A stretch of DNA of 64,000 bases, taken from assembly GCA_018817595.1 (NCBI GenBank), contig JAHITU010000001.1, positions 32,109-96,108 of the forward strand, written 5' to 3'. Positions 19,923 to 30,896 of this stretch are shown in pieces (position 1 is the first letter of the stretch; each line of letters begins with the position of its first letter). Made by a program: the position numbers and the translations under genes. This stretch comes from Patescibacteria group bacterium (GTDB lineage Bacteria; Patescibacteriota; Minisyncoccia; Phycocordibacterales; UBA12079). The notes beneath the pieces are model-generated. The model had not been told where the DNA came from. It saw nothing but the letters and a program-made list of their open reading frames with translations, and did not search any database.

Positions 19923-21125
19923 TTATTCTGTATAGAGTGCTCCTTTAGTATACCGATTCGAAGCCGACCACAACAACCAAGAATCCAATCCTGAATCATA
20001 AGTAGCTTGTATTTGTGCTCTTACTTTAGCAGCATCATAATCTGCCCCTAAATCGAAATCCTGCAACCAAGGTCTTAATTTATCAGGACTGGAACTAGCT
20101 GCTATAGCCTTTTTCACAGCGAAATCCATAGAGTATTTAATCACTTCATATGGATAAGCTGCTGGATTTTTCAAACCAATAAATCCTGTTGGATAATGAG
20201 AAGGATAAACCATAGGACAAACATAATCAAAAAACGGCAAAGCATATTCCAAAATTTGACCGATGTTTAAATCATCACTATTAGTAGTTACCATTCCAAA
20301 TAAATCAACAGACAAAATGGCATCTATATCATTCATTTTATTATCTAGGTAAACAAAAAATTCTTGCAAAACTTTAGCCTTCCCTTTTTCAGGATCAAGA
20401 GTCACTCTCTCTTCACTCACTGGGTAATAAATTTCTTTCATGTTTCCATCTGATGGAAAACGAATGTAATCATAATTAATTTCATCAAAACCTAATTCAT
20501 AGACTTCTTTAGATAAAGCAATAACATAATCCCAAACTTCAACTGAACCAGCATCCAACCAAGAAATACCTTTATGATCTTTCCAAATCGCTCCTCCTTC
20601 TGATTTCTTCACAGCCAACTCTGGTCTTTCTCTAACCAATTGAGGGTCTTGGAACACAGGTACTCGTCCAATGATATAAATACCTTTGGAATGCCAATCC
20701 TCAAGGAGTTCTTTGATGTCATGAATTTTACACTCTCCCTTACTAGAATCAGCAATGGCATTTTGAAATAAAGGATTTTCCAAATCAAAAGCAATTTTTC
20801 CTGTTTCGTCCTTAACATTCAAAATAATAGAATTAATTTCAGTATCTTCAACCAATTGTTCAAGAGTTTTTCTAAAACTTGGAGTAGAGGCTGCACATGC
20901 AGTCATATAAATAACTTTTGTTTTTTCTGGAGTCTCAATATGAACAGAGCGATAAATATTATCAGCTGGGACTTCTGAAGAAACTTCACTGTTAAATGTG
21001 ACATAAAAACCTAAAATGTCAGTAGTCAAAAATAAAAACAAAGCGATGCCTAAAACACCACCCAAGGTTATAAAACCAAAAATCTTTATTTTATTCTTTA
21101 TTAAGTATTTCTTCATTTTCAACAA
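19923..21125 (-). CDS. putative glycoside hydrolase (DUF4015-like), N-terminal TM
   Basis: GFDEINYDYIRFP, PMVYPSHY, LRPWLQDF. Confidence 0.85.
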   Translation of the reverse strand: MLKMKKYLIKNKIKIFGFITLGGVLGIALFLFLTTDILGFYVTFNSEVSSEVPADNIYRSVHIETPEKTKVIYMTACAASTPSFRKTLEQLVEDTEINSIILNVKDETGKIAFDLENPLFQNAIADSSKGECKIHDIKELLEDWHSKGIYIIGRVPVFQDPQLVRERPELAVKKSEGGAIWKDHKGISWLDAGSVEVWDYVIALSKEVYELGFDEINYDYIRFPSDGNMKEIYYPVSEERVTLDPEKGKAKVLQEFFVYLDNKMNDIDAILSVDLFGMVTTNSDDLNIGQILEYALPFFDYVCPMVYPSHYPTGFIGLKNPAAYPYEVIKYSMDFAVKKAIAASSSPDKLRPWLQDFDLGADYDAAKVRAQIQATYDSGLDSWLLWSASNRYTKGALYTE

Positions 21126-21300
21126 AAACCTTATCTAACTCTTCTTCACGACTATTTTTTTGGCTCTTTTTTTTGTAGGTAATTGAGGAAAAAATTATAT
21201 ACAATCCTGTCAAAATCAATAAAGTAGTTTTCCAAGCTAAAGGAATCCCCAACAATGGAATAAATACAACTATTAAACCTAATATCAAAAATTTCTTCAT
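21091..21300 (-). CDS. small membrane protein
   Basis: two hydrophobic segments (PLLGIPLAWK); TATAAT 9 nt upstream of ATG. Confidence 0.7.
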   Translation of the reverse strand: MKKFLILGLIVVFIPLLGIPLAWKTTLLILTGLYIIFSSITYKKKSQKNSREEELDKVFVENEEILNKE

Positions 21301-21424
21301 ATTGTTTATATTATACTTTATTTATTTTGAATAACCAAATATTAGTTTAGCTTATAGCTTATAGAGGTTAGCTTTTAGGAGAAAAATTTACTTCGTAAAT
21401 TTTTCTGACTTTCGACTTTACAGA

Positions 21425-21464
21425 CCTGCCTGTCCCTGCGCGCCGGCAGGCGTGGGCAGGCAGG
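21425..21464. repeat. family A 40-bp nested palindrome
   Basis: CCTGCCTGTC-CCTGCGCGCCGGCAGGCGTG-GGCAGGCAGG. Confidence 0.9.
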
Positions 21465-21480
21465 CTTTATAGACTTTCGA

Positions 21481-22167
21481 CTAATTTATCATCACCACAA
21501 ATTCACCTTTTACCTTATCTGAATTGTCTTCAAAATATTTTATTACTTCTTCTATTGTTCCTGAAACAATTTGTTCAAACATTTTAGTTATTTCTCTACC
21601 AATAACAATTTTTTTATTTTGCTCAAATTCTTCTGATAATTCTTTTATTGTTTCTAGGGTTTTTAATATTCTGTGTGGAGATTCATAAAAAACAGCTGTT
21701 CTCTTTAATTCCAAAATTTCATTAATGGCAGTTTGTTTACCTTTTTTACGAGGCAAAAATCCAAAAAAAGTAAAAGAGTCCGCAGGTAAACCACTAACTG
21801 ACAAAGCAGAAATTAAGGCCGAAGGACCAGGAATTGGTGTGACCATAACACTCTCGCCAAATTTTTCTTTCACTTGAGCCACCAACATAAAACCAGGATC
21901 TGAAATAGTAGGCGTTCCAGCGTCAGAGACTAAGGCTAAATCTTTACCTTCTTCCAGTAATTCTAAAATTTTATCAGTCTTAATCTTTCCACTAAATGAA
22001 TGATAAGAAATAGTAGGAGTTTCTATTTCGTATTTATCTAAAAGTTTTCGAGTTACTCGAGTATCTTCGCATAATACAAAATCCACCTCTTTTAAAATTC
22101 TCAAGGCTCGTAAAGTAATATCTTCCAAGTTCCCAATAGGTGTTCCTATTATGTATAAATGTTGCAT
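21481..22167 (-). CDS. rsmI: 16S rRNA (cytidine1402-2'-O)-methyltransferase
   Basis: TPIGNLEDITLRAL, CEDTR, SDAGTPTISDPG, FYESPHR. Confidence 0.95.
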   Translation of the reverse strand: MQHLYIIGTPIGNLEDITLRALRILKEVDFVLCEDTRVTRKLLDKYEIETPTISYHSFSGKIKTDKILELLEEGKDLALVSDAGTPTISDPGFMLVAQVKEKFGESVMVTPIPGPSALISALSVSGLPADSFTFFGFLPRKKGKQTAINEILELKRTAVFYESPHRILKTLETIKELSEEFEQNKKIVIGREITKMFEQIVSGTIEEVIKYFEDNSDKVKGEFVVMIN

Positions 22168-22376
22168 ATTGTTTAAAATTATTTCGTACGTACGTCCGTA
22201 TTTACGTTTGATTTAAATCATATCACAGTTTAATCAATAATCTATTAAAAAGTGCCATATGTGTTTAGACATTACAACAATCTATTGACTTATTTATTAA
22301 ATAAGTGTTTAATATACACAGATAATTTTGTAAATATTGTATTTACATTAACCAAGTACTTTTAAAAGGAGAAAAA

Positions 22377-23558
22377 ATGAATACAAAAATACAGCATCTT
22401 TTTGGCGGATTGTTTGGAGCAGTGATAGGAATAATTATTGCCGGTTTCTTTGAAAACCAAGGACTTCTTTTACTAGCTTTTCCGGGAGCAATCCTCGGTT
22501 ATCATGTCAGAAGTCTCAAATCAATTTTCAAGGACAATTTTGAATTTATTTTAAATTTATGGAAAACCGTCTCGATAAAGACAACGAAATTTATGAACAA
22601 ACCTTTTACACTTTCTAAAATTATATATGTACACAGTCAGGAATCAATTGGTTTCTTTATTTCACTCATTTCAACATGTTTTCTTTTTATAACCAGTGTA
22701 ATTATATGGTTCTTCAGCCGTCCAAAATGCTTTTTAAACTGGCTCAGAGAACATCCGATAAACAGAGCTAACTTTTTGAGCGGGACTGTATGTTTCTTGT
22801 ATGTTTTTGGGGCAATTGGATTGATATATCTTCTTTCTCAGTATTGCCTCTCTGATACCTATGAATGTAGTCGGTCTATCGGGCCAAGAATGAATCAGAC
22901 AGAAATCTTAATCGTTGATACTGGGGTAATTCACTATCTTCTTTTTACAATAATTTGCGGGGTAGTTTTAATTGCATTCCCATTGATGAGTTTTATTGAT
23001 AAAAAAGAAACAATGCTCAGAAACCGTGGATGGTCAACTTACAAAAGATATAAAAGAGATGGGGTACTAGCATGGATTTATTCCGATATTAAAGACTTAT
23101 TCATCATACAAATCTCATACCTTTATGTCGTTATTATAGGAATCTCCTATTTTACTATTATAGGTGGTGGAATAATTTTGTTTCTATTTATTCCCGCCGG
23201 CGTAGCATTTGCAGTAGGGTATGGAATATACCAAACGGCAGTGAAAAAAGGAGGTTGGACCTGTGCTACCATCACAACAATTGTCACGCTTATATCAGGA
23301 ATTGTTTTCTGGGATACGATTATTTCCAATTTTACACTGAGGTGGCTTATTGCCCTGTTCACAGGTGCCTTGGCAGGTACTCTGAGTTTGCTTTTTAGTG
23401 AACTTACTACAAAATTGAGTACAATTAAAATTGTACAAGAAATGATCAAAAAGGATTGTGATATGTTTGGCGGAATTTGGTTAATAACAAAAAAACCTGC
23501 CTGTTTCTTTCCAGAAGGACTAAACTTCATCTTGAAACCTGTTGAATTATATTTGTAA
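22377..23558 (+). CDS. multi-pass membrane protein of unknown function
   Basis: many hydrophobic segments; AAGGAG SD; TTGACT/TTTAAT upstream. Confidence 0.7.
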   Translation: MNTKIQHLFGGLFGAVIGIIIAGFFENQGLLLLAFPGAILGYHVRSLKSIFKDNFEFILNLWKTVSIKTTKFMNKPFTLSKIIYVHSQESIGFFISLISTCFLFITSVIIWFFSRPKCFLNWLREHPINRANFLSGTVCFLYVFGAIGLIYLLSQYCLSDTYECSRSIGPRMNQTEILIVDTGVIHYLLFTIICGVVLIAFPLMSFIDKKETMLRNRGWSTYKRYKRDGVLAWIYSDIKDLFIIQISYLYVVIIGISYFTIIGGGIILFLFIPAGVAFAVGYGIYQTAVKKGGWTCATITTIVTLISGIVFWDTIISNFTLRWLIALFTGALAGTLSLLFSELTTKLSTIKIVQEMIKKDCDMFGGIWLITKKPACFFPEGLNFILKPVELYL

Positions 23559-23638
23559 TTTATTTTGTTCTTTATTTAACCAGAAAGGTTTGTCAATTTA
23601 TTGGCAAGCCTTTTCTTATTGTTTTTATATTTGTTTAA

Positions 23639-23770
23639 GCACCTGTCAGAGTCGAACCTACCTACCCCTATGTACCAAAAGGCGTGGACAGGTAAGCTGA
23701 CGACCTATGGTTTACGATACCATTGCTCCCGCCTCATCGGCGAGTCGCCGATGAGGCGACTACCATTAAA
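23639..23770 (-). pseudogene. tRNA-Thr(CGT) pseudogene with two repeat insertions
   Basis: removing 23657-23696 restores T-arm GTCAG-TTCGACT-CTGAC; removing 23728-23759 restores GGTAGAGCA; 5' acceptor strand missing. Confidence 0.8.
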
Positions 23771-23780
23771 CTTCAAACTG

Positions 23781-23980
23781 AGCCCTCTGTCGGACTTGAA
23801 CCGACCACCTACGATTTACCCTGTTAGAGCTGAGGGCGAGAATTGAACTCGCGACCTACGGTTTACGATACCGTTGCTCTACCAACTGAGCTACCTCAGC
23901 TCTAACAGGGTAAACGATACTATTATCCCGCCTCATCGGCGGGTCGCCGATGAGGCGACTACCAGATGAGCTAAGAGGGC
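23781..23980 (-). pseudogene. split outer tRNA-Thr gene interrupted at the anticodon loop by another tRNA
   Basis: 5' half GCCCTCTTAGCTCATCTGGTAG (23980-23959) pairs with 3' half ...GGTTCAAGTCCGACAGAGGGCT (23817-23781). Confidence 0.75.
23828..23900 (-). tRNA. tRNA-Thr(CGT)
   Basis: GCTGAGG acceptor, ACGGT-ATCGTAA-ACCGT anticodon arm, GTTCAATT T-loop. Confidence 0.92.
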
Positions 23981-24017
23981 AAACTCGTCTTAATCCCCAC
24001 CGGCTGGAGTTATATTG

Positions 24018-24106
24018 AGCCCGAGGACGGGATTGAACCGACGACCTACACATTACCATTGTTGAAACCTCCTAAGGTCGGTTTCAACTCCACCAACTGA
24101 GCTATT
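24018..24106 (-). pseudogene. tRNA-Thr(GGT) pseudogene with a hairpin in the anticodon arm
   Basis: TAGCTCAGTTGGTGGAG, hairpin GTTGAAACC..GGTTTCAAC, then ATGGTAATGTGTAGGTCGTCGGTTCAATCCCGTCCTCGGGCT. Confidence 0.7.
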
Positions 24107-24118
24107 TCAATTACCTTT

Positions 24119-24154
24119 TGAGCCAACAAACGGAATCGAACCGATGACCTCTCC
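24119..24154 (-). repeat. 36-bp duplicate of the tRNA-Thr(GGT) 3' half
   Basis: identical to 24211-24246. Confidence 0.9.
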
Positions 24155-24212
24155 AGTGGACCATTAAAACTTGCGAATCTCGTCTTAATCCCCACCGACT
24201 GGAGCTCGAATG

Positions 24213-24285
24213 AGCCAACAAACGGAATCGAACCGATGACCTCTCCCTTACCATGGGAGTGCTCTACCGACTGAGCTATGTTGGC
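24213..24285 (-). tRNA. tRNA-Thr(GGT)
   Basis: GCCAACA acceptor, CTCCC-ATGGTAA-GGGAG. Confidence 0.93.
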
Positions 24286-24364
24286 TAGTTGTTATATGAT
24301 ATTTTATTTTTATATTTTTTGCAAAACAAAAAGCAAAGCTAAACGCTTTGCTTTTGTTATTATG

Positions 24365-24438
24365 CGCGATCGAAGGGATTTGAACCCTCGACCTCTCGCG
24401 TGACAGGCGAGCGCTCTAACCAGCTGAGCTACGACCGC
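24365..24438 (-). tRNA. tRNA-Asp(GTC)
   Basis: GCGGTCG acceptor, CTCGC-CTGTCAC-GCGAG. Confidence 0.95.
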
Positions 24439-24488
24439 AATTATACTCCAATACTTTAACAAATTTTTGTGTATTTCTCAACACTTTG

Positions 24489-24562
24489 TGTCGACGAATG
24501 GATTCGAACCATTGATCTGGCGCGTATGAGACGCCCGCTTTAACCAACTAAGCTACGTCGAC
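24489..24562 (-). tRNA. tRNA with CAT anticodon (elongator Met, or Ile2)
   Basis: GTCGACG acceptor, GGCGT-CTCATAC-GCGCC, GGTTCGAATCC. Confidence 0.85.
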
Positions 24563-25233
24563 ATTTTTAATGCCTTTAATAGACCTAAAACTTTATATTT
24601 CAAATAAGTGCTTTTTCTAATTTTTAAAGACAAAACCCCAAAATAATTATCATAATTTTCATAAACCTTCTTTTGTTTTATTTTTAAAAAAACAGGGTTT
24701 CCAAACTGTTCAATAGGTAATTCTAACAGATTAGACCAAAATTTCAATACTTTTTTAATTCTAGGTCTATGAATTTCGTTTATAAAAATCCTAGGCATAA
24801 ATTCCTCTTCTTTTATTTTAAATATTACTTCAAACCATCTTTTCATAAAAACAATAGAATCTGGGTCAGAATTAACAAACGCTAATGCACTTTTATCAGA
24901 TTTAACACCTTCTCCCCAATATAAACCTAAACCTACCATCAACAGATCTTTTTTTGATATATTATTTATAGCTTTAAGTCCTTCTTTTTCATAAAAACTA
25001 ATTTTATCTAATTTCTTTTGATGATTCATTTTAGCTCCAATCATTCTTCCTTTATTTCCTGCTTTTATAGCATTTTTCTTCAAAAGACTTTTTTGCTTAT
25101 CTGTAAGTTTTATGTCTATGCACCAAGAACTAACAGAGCCTCTAGATACGCCTAATACTTTTTCAATTGATCTAATACTCCATCCTTTCTTTCTTAATTG
25201 TTGAGCTTTTATTTTTTCTTTAAACTTAGCCAT
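24553..25233 (-). CDS. HTH + LAGLIDADG-like domain protein between tRNA genes
   Basis: N-terminal GWSIRSIEKVLGVSRGSVSSW HTH; GLGLYWGEG..FVNSDP. Confidence 0.65.
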   Translation of the reverse strand: MAKFKEKIKAQQLRKKGWSIRSIEKVLGVSRGSVSSWCIDIKLTDKQKSLLKKNAIKAGNKGRMIGAKMNHQKKLDKISFYEKEGLKAINNISKKDLLMVGLGLYWGEGVKSDKSALAFVNSDPDSIVFMKRWFEVIFKIKEEEFMPRIFINEIHRPRIKKVLKFWSNLLELPIEQFGNPVFLKIKQKKVYENYDNYFGVLSLKIRKSTYLKYKVLGLLKALKMST

Positions 25234-25268
25234 TATGTTATATATTGTAGCATATGGTTGGTTTATTA

Positions 25269-25324
25269 CAACAAGTAAAACAAAAACCTCAGAATTAATT
25301 CTGAGGTTTTTGTTTTACTTGTTG
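25269..25324. terminator. perfect 56-bp palindrome, probable terminator after tRNA-Met
   Basis: CAACAAGTAAAACAAAAACCTCAGAATT followed by its exact reverse complement. Confidence 0.75.
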
Positions 25325-25392
25325 CGGGAGTCTGAATCGAACAGACACCTAGAGGTTATGAGCCTCCTGTGCAACCTTTACACCATCCCGCG
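25322..25392 (-). tRNA. tRNA-Met(CAT), initiator-like
   Basis: C1:A72 mismatch, CGCGGGA acceptor, GGAGG-CTCATAA-CCTCT. Confidence 0.85.
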
Positions 25393-25581
25393 ATATATTT
25401 AATATTTAATTTTCAACTATTATAATAACCTCTAAAGGTTATAAGTCATATTGCTTCATGTGCAGTTCGTCTACACCATCCCGCGATATATTTAATATTT
25501 AATTTTCAACTATTTTAATAACCTCTAAAGGTTATAAGTCATATTGCTTCATGTGCAGTTCGTCTACACCATCCCGCGATA
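25379..25581. repeat. 93-bp tandem duplication containing decayed 5' portions of the tRNA-Met
   Basis: TACACCATCCCGCGATA at 25379, 25472 and 25565. Confidence 0.9.
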
Positions 25582-25831
25582 ATTTAGCTTATAGCTTTTA
25601 GGAAATTAGGGTGTTAGGAGAAAAAATCGCTTTGCGATTTTTTTCTTTTCTACCTTTTCCTTTTTTCAATAATATAAAATATAACCCAAAAAACCCAAAA
25701 AAACAAGAAAAAAATAATTTCTAGACGGCTTCATTACTTCACTACGTTTCGTTTCTCGCAGAGACGAATTTTTATGAGGCAAAATTCACATAAATAATAC
25801 TTAATATATACTATATAATATGTAATATAGA

Positions 25832-26419
25832 CTAAATAAATTGAAATTCTTCAAAAACAATTTTATATAAACCAACTGCTCTCTTAGCTGTTCTTTGTGT
25901 TAATAATGAGTCTGTTCCTCCGTGAGCTATTTGATTTCTTATTTTGTGCGCCTCCCAAGCACTATTTATTGTAATGAAATCACTTCTTTCTACTTGTTTT
26001 AATCTTTCTCCCAAAGACTCTCCTGAGTAACCGGACTTTTTCATTATTTCATCTAGAATTACATCAGCATCTAAAACAGCCATTCTCCATTCAGCTGGTG
26101 AATCCGAGTTCACATAACTTACTATTTTTTCCCATCTCTCGTTTTTAATTTCTCCTCCTTCAAAATCTACAGTAGAAGAAACTACGGTATCAAATATTTC
26201 AGAATTTTTTGCGGAAACCTCTTTCATTTTGTGGCGAACATAAAGAATCCCAGCCAACAACAAAGCAGAAAGGATCAAAGAGTAAAACATTATAGAAGAC
26301 CAATTATCATAGTACAACTTAAATAACCTAACCGGGTTAAGATAATAAAATATATTTGAAATTAAAAGATAAATCCAATAATAAATTTGTCCAAGATTTA
26401 AGAAATCAATATTTTCCAT
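25832..26419 (-). CDS. membrane protein of unknown function
   Basis: N-terminal TM; WRMAVLDADVILD..SLGERLK..AWEAHKIRNQIAH. Confidence 0.7.
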   Translation of the reverse strand: MENIDFLNLGQIYYWIYLLISNIFYYLNPVRLFKLYYDNWSSIMFYSLILSALLLAGILYVRHKMKEVSAKNSEIFDTVVSSTVDFEGGEIKNERWEKIVSYVNSDSPAEWRMAVLDADVILDEIMKKSGYSGESLGERLKQVERSDFITINSAWEAHKIRNQIAHGGTDSLLTQRTAKRAVGLYKIVFEEFQFI

Positions 26420-26593
26420 AATTTCAAGTGAGGATTTATAAAAACGATTATGTAATAATATGTTTTTATATAATCCGAGCGAAGGAATTATATGCTCGCT
26501 TCATATAATTTCAAGTGAGGATTTATAAAAACGATTATGTAATAATATGTTTTTATATAATCCGAGCGAAGGAATTATATGCTCGCTTCATAT
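26418..26593. repeat. 87-bp perfect tandem duplication
   Basis: ATAATTTCAAGTGAGG... at 26418 and 26505. Confidence 0.9.
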
Positions 26594-26649
26594 ACCATAA
26601 GTATAACTTATAGCGAGTGTAATGTTGAGAGCAAAATGTTGAAAAAATA

Positions 26650-28086
26650 TTAAGAGGTCGGACCTCCTAGAAAATCCGAGCTTACTTTAAACAAAAGATT
26701 TTCATACATATGCGGAGCCAAAATCTGTAAACCAACAGGTAATTCTTTCCCTTCTCTTTCCACAAAACCCATAGGAACTGATATGGCTGGATTCCCAACA
26801 ACATTAGAAGATACTGTAAAAATGTCTTCTAGATACATTTGAATAGGATCGTTTCCCTTGGCCCCTATCTTGAAAGCTGGGGTAGGAGTGGTCGGGGTCA
26901 AAATTACATCCACTTCTAAAAAAGCTTTTCTGAAATCTTCCCTGATTATTTCTCGTACAGCCTGAGCTTTATTATAATAAGCGTCTTTATAACCAGCTGA
27001 TAAAATATATGTTCCTAACATAATCCTTCTTCGTGCTTCTTTTCCAAAACCTTCTCCTCTTGTTTTCATATAATCGTCTAGTAAATCTTCTCCTTCTTTT
27101 TTAAATCCAAAACGCACTCCATCATAACGCGATAGGTTAGCAGAAATTTCTGCTGGAGCAAAAATATAATAAGAAGCTAAAGAATATTTAATATTTGGTA
27201 ATTCGATTTCCTTAATCTTATATCCTTTTTCCTCTAGTTTTTTTAATGAATTTTCAAAATTTTCCATTACATCCTTATCAATACCCTCTTTTAAAAAATG
27301 TCTTGGAATCCCAATAGTCATTTTTTTATTCAAATCGATCCCTTTTTCTGCTTTTTCAATAACTTCATCTTTCAAAGTAGTACTATCCATTTTATCATTC
27401 CCTTTTATACAATCATAAACTATTTTTACATCTTCAACACTTTTCCCGAAAGGTCCAATTTGATCAAGGGAAGAACCCATGGCTACAGCTCCAGATCTAG
27501 AAACTCTTCCGTATGTGGTTTTCAAACCTAAAACATTATTAAAAGAGGCAGGCTGACGAATGGAGCCACCTGTGTCTGAACCTAAAGCCACCAAAGCCAT
27601 ATCACTTGCTACAGCTACAGCGGAACCACCAGAGGAACCTCCAGCCACTCTCCCCATATCAAAAGTATTTTTAGTTACCCCATAGGCAGAATTTTCAGTT
27701 GAAGACCCATGTGCAAACTCATCTAAATTAGTTCCTCCTATAAAAACAGCTCCAGCTTTTTTTAACCTATCAATTACAGTTGCATCATAGGTAGCTTTAT
27801 AGTTTTCTAATATTTTTGAACCAGCTGTAGTTCTTTTTCCTTTGATTAAAATATTATTTTTTATAGCCATTGGAATTCCAGTTAATAACTCAGCTGTCCC
27901 ATCTTTAAATCTTTTGTCGGCTTTTTCTGCTTGCTCTAAAACATCTTCAAAAAATACAATAAAAGCATTGTATTCTGGGTTAATATTATCTAGGTAAGCT
28001 TGGGCTAATTCCTGAGCAGTAAAATCACCCTCCAACATATGTTGATGTGCCTTCTGTATAGTTAATGTTTTTAAATCTATTTTCAT
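26650..28086 (-). CDS. gatA: Asp/Glu-tRNA amidotransferase subunit A
   Basis: GGSSGGSA, GSDTGGSIRQPAS, RRIMLGTY. Confidence 0.96.
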   Translation of the reverse strand: MKIDLKTLTIQKAHQHMLEGDFTAQELAQAYLDNINPEYNAFIVFFEDVLEQAEKADKRFKDGTAELLTGIPMAIKNNILIKGKRTTAGSKILENYKATYDATVIDRLKKAGAVFIGGTNLDEFAHGSSTENSAYGVTKNTFDMGRVAGGSSGGSAVAVASDMALVALGSDTGGSIRQPASFNNVLGLKTTYGRVSRSGAVAMGSSLDQIGPFGKSVEDVKIVYDCIKGNDKMDSTTLKDEVIEKAEKGIDLNKKMTIGIPRHFLKEGIDKDVMENFENSLKKLEEKGYKIKEIELPNIKYSLASYYIFAPAEISANLSRYDGVRFGFKKEGEDLLDDYMKTRGEGFGKEARRRIMLGTYILSAGYKDAYYNKAQAVREIIREDFRKAFLEVDVILTPTTPTPAFKIGAKGNDPIQMYLEDIFTVSSNVVGNPAISVPMGFVEREGKELPVGLQILAPHMYENLLFKVSSDFLGGPTS

Positions 28087-28263
28087 ATTTTATATTATCT
28101 ACAAGTTTTATGTTTAAAAATTAAAAATTTTGATTTATAAGCGACGTAGTGCGAGAGAAATATAAAAGTTTTACTTTATATTTCCGAGCCGAGGAGCTTA
28201 TATAAGACGAAGTGCTTTTATTTAAAAATTACAAAATTAAAAATTAAAAATTTCAAAAAGATC

Positions 28264-28542
28264 CTACAGGATTTTTTTGACTTTTACATACCCTTCTTGT
28301 GTTTCAGGAGCTTCACCTAATAAATCATTAGTAAATTCTCCTCTTTCGTACGGATTCTCGTCTTCTCTCATAATATTCCTATGTTCTCCGGCTCTATCTT
28401 TCAAACCACCAGTTTTTACGGATTGGATTTGATCAATAAAACCCAAGATAGAATCCATCTCTCCTAATAATTCTTCTTTTTCTGTTTCGGATATTTCTAT
28501 CCGACACAGATTAGCTAAATTTTCTATATCTTTAATTTCCAT
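28264..28542 (-). CDS. gatC: Asp/Glu-tRNA amidotransferase subunit C
   Basis: LANLCRI..MRED..YVKVKKIL; upstream of gatA. Confidence 0.9.
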   Translation of the reverse strand: MEIKDIENLANLCRIEISETEKEELLGEMDSILGFIDQIQSVKTGGLKDRAGEHRNIMREDENPYERGEFTNDLLGEAPETQEGYVKVKKIL

Positions 28543-28680
28543 GAATATGATTATAGTCTAAAAAAGTTTTTTTTGAAACATGTAAGACAAATTATTTAGA
28601 AGTTCAACCTAAGCATTAGTAAAATAAAACAAGTTATTAAAGATTACAGGTATCTTAATTAAGAGGTCGGGCTTCACTAA

Positions 28681-30690
<2,010 letters not shown>

Positions 30691-30896
30691 TTATAACACA
30701 AAGCAAATCAGCTTTTAAATAAAAACCATTTATTGTTTTTTAGATTGAAGGAATTACTTCGTCAAGAAAATTTAAATTTAAAATTCGGCTATAGAATAGC
30801 CAAATTTTAAATTTAAATTTTCTTTCCTTGCAAAGACAAATCACTTTAGTGATTCGTTCCACTTTAACTTTACAGACTTTATAGACTTTCGACTCG

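Noticed and set aside
23815-23914. Insert in the outer tRNA as a group I or BHB intron
   Set aside because: Too short for a group I core, no bulge-helix-bulge seen, and the outer anticodon stem would remain mismatched.
23601-24059. 81-aa and 67-aa ORFs
   Set aside because: Shadow frames over tRNA and pseudo-tRNA sequence.
26418-26593. 87-bp tandem duplication as a CRISPR array
   Set aside because: Two identical units, no unique spacers and no cas genes; a recent duplication or assembly artefact.
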